Shown here piece by piece: positions 26,668 through 33,584 of a stretch of DNA of 33,584 nucleotides; position 1 is the stretch's first letter; every line of letters begins with the position of its first letter. Origin of the DNA: Gammaproteobacteria bacterium (lineage in GTDB: Bacteria > Pseudomonadota > Gammaproteobacteria > UBA4575); the NCBI GenBank assembly GCA_028281205.1, contig JANQKJ010000272.1, positions 1 through 33,584 of the forward strand. Direction: 5' to 3'. The translations under genes and the position numbers were made by a program. Below the pieces are notes generated by a model. That model ran no database searches. It was not told the DNA's origin and was given only the letters and a program-made list of their open reading frames with translations.

Positions 26668-26711
26668 AACGTGTACCCGTTATTGGGCGGCACGTTGACA
26701 CCTTTTTTTTT
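26662..26711 (+). terminator. Leader intrinsic terminator (attenuator) upstream of nrtA
   Basis: Perfect 12-bp stem between GGTGTCAACGTG (26662-73) and CACGTTGACACC (26691-702), followed by nine T (26703-11). It lies 36 nt upstream of the nrtA ATG. Confidence 0.8.
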
Positions 26712-26746
26712 GAGAAAAAGTTTCAATTATTTAAGGAGTGATTTTT

Positions 26747-28162
26747 ATGAAACATGTTTGCAGTTCTCTCCCGCTAGCTTCTGGAGGTTCGCAAGAATAT
26801 GTCAAACATTTTTTGCTAAGTGTGATGATTATTATCAGTGCCGTCATTGCAAATAATGTAAACGCAGAAAAACTTGGATACCCGGAGAAAGAAGAACTGA
26901 AATTTGGGTTTATTAAATTAACAGACATGGCACCGATTGCTATTGCTTATGAAAATGGATATTTCGAGGATGAAGGTCTCTACGTCACAATTGAAGCACA
27001 AGCAAACTGGAAAGTATTGTTAGATGGAGTCATTGACGGTCAGCTAGACGGAGCTCATATGCTGGCGGGCCAACCAATTGCTGCCACCATGGGGTTTGGT
27101 ACTAAAGCGCACATCATTACACCATTTTCTATGGACTTAAATGGCAATGGCATTACGGTATCAAATGAGATCTGGGCCCAAATGAAACCAAATATTCCTA
27201 AAATGGACGACGGTAGGCCTGTGCATCCAATCAAGGCGGGTGCGTTAAAACCTGTGGTTGAAAAGTATAAAGATGAAGGTAAGCCATTTAATATGGGTAT
27301 GGTATTTCCTGTATCAACACATAACTATGAATTGCGTTATTGGTTGGCCGCAGGTGGAATCCATCCTGGATACTATGCACCACATAAAGGAGATATTTCT
27401 GGGCAAATAGATGCCGATGCTTTGCTTTCTGTGACGCCTCCACCGCAAATGCCTGCAACATTAGAAGCAGGGACTATATATGGTTATTGCGTGGGTGAAC
27501 CATGGAACCAACAGGCTGTATTTAAAGGCATTGGCGTACCAGTGATTACTGACTATGAAATCTGGAAAAATAATCCCGAAAAAGTATTTGGAATTACTGC
27601 TGAATTTGCAGAAAAATATCCCAATACGACAATAAGAATCGTGCGTGCATTAATCCGTGCCGCAATGTGGTTGGATGAAAATGACAATGCTAATCGTCCA
27701 GCTGCTGTAAAAATTCTATCTCAGTCGAATTATGTCGGTGCAGATTACGACGTTATAGCAAATAGTATGACGGGTACATTTGAATATGAAAAAGGGGACA
27801 AACGCGAAGTTCCAGACTTCAATGTATTCTTTAGATATAACGCTACTTACCCATATTATTCAGATGCAATTTGGTATCTAACGCAAATGCGCCGCTGGGG
27901 CCAAATTTCTGAAGACAAGTCTGATGATTGGTATAAAGATATGGCAGCAAAAGTTTATAAGCCAGATATTTATGCTAAAGCTGCCTTGTCATTAATAGAA
28001 GAAGGTCTAGCAGATGCAAAAGATTTTCCTGACTTTGCTACTGAAGATGGATTTAAAGATCCTCAAACAGAGTTTATTGATGGCATCACATTCGATGGAA
28101 CGAAACCAAATGATTACATTGATATGTTTCCAATCGGTTTGAAGTCAGGCGATAAAGTTTAA
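26747..28162 (+). CDS. nrtA: Nitrate ABC transporter periplasmic substrate-binding protein (NrtA/NasF)
   Basis: The ATG at 26747 is preceded by AAGGAG with 8-nt spacing; the ORF track starts at GTG 26738. The signal peptide ends in [10 protein letters not shown]. NrtA blocks: [33 protein letters not shown]. Confidence 0.9.
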   Translation: MKHVCSSLPLASGGSQEYVKHFLLSVMIIISAVIANNVNAEKLGYPEKEELKFGFIKLTDMAPIAIAYENGYFEDEGLYVTIEAQANWKVLLDGVIDGQLDGAHMLAGQPIAATMGFGTKAHIITPFSMDLNGNGITVSNEIWAQMKPNIPKMDDGRPVHPIKAGALKPVVEKYKDEGKPFNMGMVFPVSTHNYELRYWLAAGGIHPGYYAPHKGDISGQIDADALLSVTPPPQMPATLEAGTIYGYCVGEPWNQQAVFKGIGVPVITDYEIWKNNPEKVFGITAEFAEKYPNTTIRIVRALIRAAMWLDENDNANRPAAVKILSQSNYVGADYDVIANSMTGTFEYEKGDKREVPDFNVFFRYNATYPYYSDAIWYLTQMRRWGQISEDKSDDWYKDMAAKVYKPDIYAKAALSLIEEGLADAKDFPDFATEDGFKDPQTEFIDGITFDGTKPNDYIDMFPIGLKSGDKV

Positions 28163-28189
28163 AAATATATTTGTTTAAAGGAAGTATGT

Positions 28190-29185
28190 ATGAAGGCTGC
28201 AACATCATTAACTACAAAGCTAAATATGACGGGCATGTCTCCAAAGATGTCTGGCTTAATTGCTGGTTCGTTACAAAATCTGGTGATTCCTCTAGCTGGA
28301 ATTGTGTTTTTTTTAGCTTTCTGGTCGGTTGCAGCCTCAAACATCAATACATCGTTAGGGAAGTTTCCTGGCCCTAATGCGGTATGGACGCAATTAAATA
28401 GCCTTTATGTCGAACATAACGAAGAGAGAACCAAAGAACAGGCATTTTACGAGCGGCAGAAAAAACGCAATGCTGAACGTGTTGCGCAAGATCCAGATTA
28501 CGTGCCAAAAATTCGTTCCTATACTGGTAAAGAGACATTTTTAGATCAAATTGTCACGAGCTTGCTTACTGTTATGAGTGGATTTTTATTAGCTGCTGTT
28601 ATAGCTATCCCGTTAGGAATTGCTATTGGTTTAAGTAAAACGCTAAATACTGCATTTAACCCTGTTATTCAAATTTTCAAACCCGTGTCTCCATTGGCCT
28701 GGTTACCTTTGGTAACTATGGTTGTTAGTGCCCTTTATGCTACACCTGATCCGGTGATACCAAAATCATTTTTAAATTCGATGATAACGGTAACGTTATG
28801 TTGTTTATGGCCCATGGTAATCAACACATCGGTCGGTGTAGCATCTATTAATTCTGATTTAGTAAATGTAAGTCGGGTATTACGTTTGCCAGCATTGAAG
28901 CATATCCAAAAAATTGTCTTACCTGCATCAATACCTATGATATTTACTGGCATGCGCACATCTTTAGGGATTGCATGGATGGTGCTCATTGCAGCAGAAA
29001 TGCTCGCACAAAATCCTGGTCTAGGTAAATTTGTATGGGATGAATTTCAAAATGGCAGTTCTGATTCTTTGGGAAGAATTATGGCAGCAGTTGTTGTTAT
29101 TGGTGCCATAGGTTTTTTCTTAGACCGTTCAATGCTGCAAATTCAAAAATTTGTGTCCTGGGATAAAACATCTGCTAGTAGATAA
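28190..29185 (+). CDS. nrtB: Nitrate ABC transporter permease (NrtB/NasE)
   Basis: 331 aa and polytopic. Contains a BPD-transporter EAA-like region (AAEMLAQNPGLGKFVW). Lies between the binding protein and the ATPase. Confidence 0.9.
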   Translation: MKAATSLTTKLNMTGMSPKMSGLIAGSLQNLVIPLAGIVFFLAFWSVAASNINTSLGKFPGPNAVWTQLNSLYVEHNEERTKEQAFYERQKKRNAERVAQDPDYVPKIRSYTGKETFLDQIVTSLLTVMSGFLLAAVIAIPLGIAIGLSKTLNTAFNPVIQIFKPVSPLAWLPLVTMVVSALYATPDPVIPKSFLNSMITVTLCCLWPMVINTSVGVASINSDLVNVSRVLRLPALKHIQKIVLPASIPMIFTGMRTSLGIAWMVLIAAEMLAQNPGLGKFVWDEFQNGSSDSLGRIMAAVVVIGAIGFFLDRSMLQIQKFVSWDKTSASR

Positions 29186-29227
29186 GTATTAAGAATTTAA
29201 ATTTTTATGATATTTGGAAATTAAGCT

Positions 29228-30076
29228 ATGAGTGAGTTATTAAATATTAGTGGAGTTGACATGATTTTCCCAACGCCTAAGGGAGATTTCACAGCGTTAA
29301 CAGATATTAACTTAAAGATAAGTAAAGGTGAGTTTGTGTCGTTAATCGGTCATTCGGGATGCGGTAAGTCGACAGTATTAAATATTGTTGCTGGCTTACA
29401 TCAGGCAACTATTGGTGGTGTGATATTAAATGGTAAGGAAGTATCTGAGCCAGGGCCAGAACGCGCAGTTGTATTTCAAAATCATTCTTTACTTCCGTGG
29501 TTAAGTGCTTATGAAAATGTAGAGCTTGCTGTTAAACAGGTATTTGGTAAGTCAAAATCAAAAGCTGATACAAAAGACTGGATTGAACATAATTTACGTT
29601 TAGTGCATATGGATCATGCTATGCACAAACGACCTGATGAGTTATCAGGAGGCATGAAGCAAAGAGTGGGCATAGCACGGGCATTAGCTATGCAGCCAGA
29701 AATTTTATTAATGGATGAACCCTTTGGTGCTTTAGATGCATTGACACGTTCACATATGCAAGATTCATTGATGGAAATTCAAAATGAATTGAATAACACT
29801 GTAATCATGATCACTCATGACGTTGACGAAGCTGTTCTGCTATCAGATCGTATTGTTATGATGACTAATGGCCCAGCAGCTACTATTGGTGAAATACTTG
29901 AGATTAATCTTGAACGTCCAAGAGATAGAATTAGTTTAGCAAGTGATGTCGAATATACCAAGCTTAGACAGGCAGTATTAACCTTCTTGTATGAGAAACA
30001 GCGTAAAGTGGAGCCTATAAATAGTATAAAAAAGTCTAGTGATGTAGTTCATAACAGTAAAAATGAAGCCGCGTAA
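29228..30076 (+). CDS. nrtD: Nitrate ABC transporter ATP-binding protein (NrtD/NasD)
   Basis: Walker A GHSGCGKST, signature LSGGMKQRVGIARAL, Walker B ILLMDEPFGALD and H-loop ITHD. Confidence 0.9.
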   Translation: MSELLNISGVDMIFPTPKGDFTALTDINLKISKGEFVSLIGHSGCGKSTVLNIVAGLHQATIGGVILNGKEVSEPGPERAVVFQNHSLLPWLSAYENVELAVKQVFGKSKSKADTKDWIEHNLRLVHMDHAMHKRPDELSGGMKQRVGIARALAMQPEILLMDEPFGALDALTRSHMQDSLMEIQNELNNTVIMITHDVDEAVLLSDRIVMMTNGPAATIGEILEINLERPRDRISLASDVEYTKLRQAVLTFLYEKQRKVEPINSIKKSSDVVHNSKNEAA

Positions 30077-30229
30077 ATTAGTGTGACTATGCTAAAAAAC
30101 ATATATTCGTTAATAACTGTTTTGATTTTCAGTTTTACTTTTTTAACAATGCTTAAAATGCTAATAGGGAGTAGTTATTAGAAACTGTCTCTTGCATTAT
30201 TTGCGATGAGTAAGTAGAAATCTGTTGAT

Positions 30230-30541
30230 TTAACTATTGCGTAGTTGATTTTCTAACAGATACTGTATGTATTTACGGCGAGATTCTTTATCCCGTTTTA
30301 AAGATTGGTTTTTACACCACCACGAATAACTGATTGGGTCAATTTTGAGGCGCTCAAATGGCTTATTGCGGTTGGTCAAAATAACAACACTTTTATCCGC
30401 ATGAGCTAGCCATATCTGATAGCTTTCATGGAAACTATCCGGGTCATCTGAGATTTCCTTCATTTTCTTCCATGAGCGTTCGGAATACCATGGAATACCA
30501 ATAATAGCTGCCGATTCTTTTTTATTGTGTTGGCTAGACAT
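30230..30541 (-). CDS. Hypothetical protein
   Basis: 103-aa ORF that is basic and Trp-rich. No family was recognised. Confidence 0.4.
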   Translation of the reverse strand: MSSQHNKKESAAIIGIPWYSERSWKKMKEISDDPDSFHESYQIWLAHADKSVVILTNRNKPFERLKIDPISYSWWCKNQSLKRDKESRRKYIQYLLENQLRNS

Positions 30542-30722
30542 AACTGAATAGGAAATCTGGATTAAAGATCCCCATCTGATTGTTGGGTGCCTCTCAACTA
30601 TAACTAAATCCTGTTCTCTAGTAAGGTAAATGCTGAGGATAGTGGACGATTTGCATAACTGTGGGGTTGTATGGTCATAAATACTAAACTAAAGGCGTGT
30701 GTCTTAGTTGAGTATTAAGACC

Positions 30723-30995
30723 TTATTTAGGTATTTTTAGCTTACGTAATGCATTGATTTCTGTTGCTTTGAGAGCGTTTTTATCCTTGCCAAGCTTTTT
30801 GGCCACAGCATGTATGCTTTTGCCCGAAGTGGATTTTTTTGATTGATATTTACGCAGGCGACTAACACTGTTAGTTTCATCAATATCATCAATCCCATAT
30901 CGCATACATAGGACTTTTGCTTCAATGGTTGTTAGTGTGTCGTTTGGATCATCCTTCATTATTGTGTTCTCTTGGTGAACATATTCGCTTTCCAT
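30723..30995 (-). CDS. Small protein resembling sigma-70 region 4 (HTH)
   Basis: 90 aa. TIEAKVLCMRYGID ... SIHAVAKKLGKDKNALKATEINALRKLK follows the region 4.2 pattern (L-x-x-R-E-x-x-V-L-x-L-R-F-G ... I-E-x-x-A-L-x-K-L) with an insertion. No regions 1-3 are present. Confidence 0.45.
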   Translation of the reverse strand: MESEYVHQENTIMKDDPNDTLTTIEAKVLCMRYGIDDIDETNSVSRLRKYQSKKSTSGKSIHAVAKKLGKDKNALKATEINALRKLKIPK

Positions 30996-31189
30996 GGCGC
31001 ATTACACCGCGAATTATTGTTGTTATAGTAAATCTAAGTGTGAGCAATTGTATTAGAATGTTTTATTAGTGAAGTGATTAAAGTCACATGTATATATTGC
31101 TTGACAGTTTTTAACATTTTTTTATGCAGAGTTAGTGCTAATTCAAAATTCCTTAACCCGATTAATTAATATCCGTTTTAAACAACAAA

Positions 31190-32002
31190 ATGAGCATTGT
31201 TGATATCCCTTACGCCGCCCCTAAAGCAATTCTTTTCGACTGGCATGCTACTTTAGTTGATACACATGACGCGATGTATCACGCGGTTGATGATGTATTG
31301 CCTAAATTAAAAGAACTAAATGTAATTGACCGTATGGTGAAGACAGAAGATAGCAAAACTCTAGAAGACGCTAAACTGGTTAAGTACATTAGAGAAAATA
31401 GTAAACTTCATCCTAAAGTGAAAGCGGCGCGTAAAGTATCGCGTACTGATATTTTTCAGGTGCTGTTTGGGAATGATGAAGAGGCTAAGCGAATTGTACA
31501 CGAAGCCTTTGATGATGCCTATCGGACTCACTATGGCAATGTGCATCCATTTGAAGATGACGTGGAGAAGATGTTGCAAGACCTACGTCAGTTAAATATA
31601 AAAGTGGGTGCTTTAACTAATCGTAACCGTGAATTTATGATGCATGAAGTCAATGCTGTTGGTGACGGAGGATGGGAACACTATTTTGATACCATTGTGT
31701 GTGGTGATGATGTACCAAGGCGTAAGCCAGCACCGGACCAAATTATACATGCCATCAATGAACTTGAAGAAGAATTGAATTTAAGTTGTTGGTATGTTGG
31801 CGATAGCACAACAGATGTAATTGCGGCCAAAGAAGCAGGTATCACTTCAATCTATTATAACGGTGCAGACTGGAGTCAGGAATGGCTGGATAAAATATTT
31901 CCGGGTACAGTAGACCATCCGCATCGACCAGAAGTAGTGGTAGATAATTTTAAAGAATTAATGCGTTTGGTAAGACTCGAAACCTTCGCTATTTCTGAGT
32001 AA
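31190..32002 (+). CDS. HAD-superfamily hydrolase with an atypical motif I
   Basis: Motif I is LFDWHATLVDT (D-x-H rather than D-x-D). Motif II is ALTNRN. Motif III is the Lys in RRKPAPD. Motif IV is YVGDSTTDVIAAKEAG. Confidence 0.75.
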   Translation: MSIVDIPYAAPKAILFDWHATLVDTHDAMYHAVDDVLPKLKELNVIDRMVKTEDSKTLEDAKLVKYIRENSKLHPKVKAARKVSRTDIFQVLFGNDEEAKRIVHEAFDDAYRTHYGNVHPFEDDVEKMLQDLRQLNIKVGALTNRNREFMMHEVNAVGDGGWEHYFDTIVCGDDVPRRKPAPDQIIHAINELEEELNLSCWYVGDSTTDVIAAKEAGITSIYYNGADWSQEWLDKIFPGTVDHPHRPEVVVDNFKELMRLVRLETFAISE

Positions 32003-32006
32003 CACT

Positions 32007-33443
32007 TTAAACCAGTACCGCTTTTAACTCTTGGTATGCTTCTAATGCACGGTCTCTTGCTTTACTGTGATCAACAATAGGTTGGGGATAATCTTTGCCC
32101 ATAGTAATGCCAGCTGAGGACAGTACCTCATCAGGTGCCAACCAGGGTGAATGAATATATTTCTTTGGTAAGCTTTTAAGTTCAGGTATCCAAGTACGAA
32201 CGTAATCGCCTTGGGGATCAAACTTTTCACCTTGCAGCACAGGGTTGAATACTCTGAAGTAGGGCGCGGCATCGGCACCGCAACCTGCAACCCATTGCCA
32301 GCCAGCAGCATTGTTAGCCAGATTAGCATCAACCAGAGTGTCCCAAAACCATTTTTCGCCTTGTTGCCAGGGAATTAACAAGTCTTTAATTAAGAATGAT
32401 GCGACAATCATTCTTACTCTATTATGCATCCAGCCTGTTTTCCATAATTCACGCATGCCAGCATCTACAATCGGATAACCAGTTTGTCCCTGTTGCCATT
32501 TTTGTAGGGCTTTTTTATTGGGTTTCCACGGGAACTTGTCAAACTCGGGTCTAAAAGGCTTGTCAGGAAAATCTGGCCAGTGTACTAATAAGTGATATGA
32601 AAAATCTCTCCAAATTAACTGGCGCAAATATGCTTCTCCGCTGTCAGGAATATTGTGTTGATAGTTCTTAATTGTGGTCCAAACTTGCCTTGGACTGATT
32701 TCGCCAAAATGTAAATGTGCAGATAGTCTTGAAGTGCCTGTCACATCAGGTCGGTTACGAAGTATTGAATATTTTGATCCTGCATGTGTAATAAATTCAC
32801 TCAAATGTTGATGAGCACCATTTTCTCCAGGTAACCAATAATCATTAAACTGATGTGCCCAATTGGGTTGTTTAGGGAGTAGTTTCCAGTCGTTGAGTAA
32901 ATCACTGCTAATCTTTTTTTTGTATACCGCTAATGACTCAGGAGGGCTGATGGGTTGTGATGGTGAACCAGCTTTTAAGCACGATTTGTAGAAAGGTGTG
33001 AAAACTTTATAAGGCTGATCGTTACCAGTTCGTATATCTTCAGGCTCATGCAATAAGTAACCTTTAAAACGCTTGACTTCAATTTGATCACAAAACCGGT
33101 CATGAACTTGTTTTTCTAGACGACTTGCATAAGGTTCATACTGGCGCGTGAAATATAAACTATCTGCCCCTGTTTCATTGATAATATTATCCAACTCTTC
33201 TATGGCATTGCCTTTGCGTAAAATTAATCTACCACCTAATTCACTGATTGAATGACTAAATTCATTTAAACTGTGGTGTAGCCACCAACGACTGGCAGAC
33301 CCTATCGCCCATTTATCTCTAGGGTTTTGGTCGAGTATATAGACAGTTATGATAGGTCTGTCTGTTTTTACCGCAGCAGATAACGTAGGATTATCATGTA
33401 TTCTAAGGTCTTGTCGGAGCCAGTAAATTAATGGATTTTGCAT
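32007..33443 (-). CDS. phrB: Deoxyribodipyrimidine photolyase (class I CPD type)
   Basis: 478 aa. N-terminal LIYWLRQDLRIHDNPTL. FAD-binding region WREF-like IWRDFSY, TGYPIVDAGMRELWKTGWMHNRVRMIVASFL and WQWVAGCGADAAPYFRVFNP. Confidence 0.95.
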   Translation of the reverse strand: MQNPLIYWLRQDLRIHDNPTLSAAVKTDRPIITVYILDQNPRDKWAIGSASRWWLHHSLNEFSHSISELGGRLILRKGNAIEELDNIINETGADSLYFTRQYEPYASRLEKQVHDRFCDQIEVKRFKGYLLHEPEDIRTGNDQPYKVFTPFYKSCLKAGSPSQPISPPESLAVYKKKISSDLLNDWKLLPKQPNWAHQFNDYWLPGENGAHQHLSEFITHAGSKYSILRNRPDVTGTSRLSAHLHFGEISPRQVWTTIKNYQHNIPDSGEAYLRQLIWRDFSYHLLVHWPDFPDKPFRPEFDKFPWKPNKKALQKWQQGQTGYPIVDAGMRELWKTGWMHNRVRMIVASFLIKDLLIPWQQGEKWFWDTLVDANLANNAAGWQWVAGCGADAAPYFRVFNPVLQGEKFDPQGDYVRTWIPELKSLPKKYIHSPWLAPDEVLSSAGITMGKDYPQPIVDHSKARDRALEAYQELKAVLV

Positions 33444-33584
33444 GACTTATTTTAGTTAGATGAGAATCTATATGGCATTCGCTTTCTGCGATATAGTATA
33501 AAGATCTCATGGATAATCACACAGTTTCTGTACAGGACGTATCTAAACTTATATAGGTAGGATCAGTTAAATGTCGAGTTGCTG

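Noticed and set aside
26623-26856. 77-aa plus-strand ORF spanning the nrtA leader
   Set aside because: It starts with TTG and runs through the P1/P2 hairpins, the 12-bp terminator stem and the T9 tract. It then overlaps nrtA out of frame. The region is better explained as a regulatory leader RNA.
28159-28377. ORFs 28171-28377 (+) and 28159-28347 (-) at the nrtA/nrtB junction
   Set aside because: They overlap the nrtB start in alternative frames. nrtB has a good SD and clear permease features.
31101-31128. Possible sigma-70 promoter (TTGACA-N16-TATGCA) upstream of the HAD gene
   Set aside because: The -35 element is perfect, but the -10 element matches only 3 of 6 positions. That is not enough evidence to list it as a feature.
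33570-33584. ATG at 33570 that may start a plus-strand gene divergent from phrB
   Set aside because: Only 5 codons lie within the window, so it cannot be evaluated.
1-33584. Search for CRISPR arrays, IS elements with terminal inverted repeats, integrases, tRNA/rRNA genes and long direct repeats
   Set aside because: None was recognised by eye. The only repeated architectures are the three regulatory leaders and the two NrtA paralogs, both reported above.

Overview
This is a 33.6 kb, AT-rich window that looks gammaproteobacterial. There are no rRNA or tRNA genes, CRISPR arrays or obvious mobile elements. It falls into five blocks. (1) 1-9259 (+): a complete accessory chemosensory cluster. It starts with a 5'-truncated MCP that carries a probable NIT (nitrate/nitrite-sensing) domain plus PAS, followed by cheY, cheA, cheW, a STAS gene, an unknown 156-aa gene, cheD, cheB and cheR. 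(2) 9357-10061 (+): an exported AhpC/TSA-like thiol protein. (3) 10103-16552 (-): a compact six-gene operon that I cannot match to any characterised system. It encodes an outer-membrane porin; a NirB-N-terminal-like FAD/NAD(P)H flavoprotein fused to a BFD-type [2Fe-2S] domain and a 5-TM domain with two H-x13-H motifs; a membrane-anchored cytochrome c with about 11 hemes; a DUF3365/Tll0287-like heme-c protein; a cytochrome c5; and a TyrB10/GlnE7 single-domain globin. (4) 16840-30076 (+): a nitrate-assimilation island. It contains nasT (REC-ANTAR), a Tat-signal NrtA/NasS-like paralog, nirB, nirD, nasA, an unusual DmsB-DmsC fusion translationally coupled to nasA, a small membrane ORF, and nrtA-nrtB-nrtD. 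(5) 30230-33443: two small ORFs (one resembles sigma-70 region 4), a HAD hydrolase and the photolyase phrB. The main regulatory observation is that three leaders share one architecture: a sigma-54 promoter, then two hexaloop hairpins of ANTAR type (A1/G4), then an intrinsic terminator whose 5' arm overlaps hairpin 2. These leaders precede the porin operon, the nrtA-like/nirBD/nasA operon and the nrtABD operon. This places the unexplained multiheme/flavoprotein operon in the same predicted NtrC/NasT nitrate regulon as the assimilation genes. All family assignments come from motif recognition by eye, and no database search was run.
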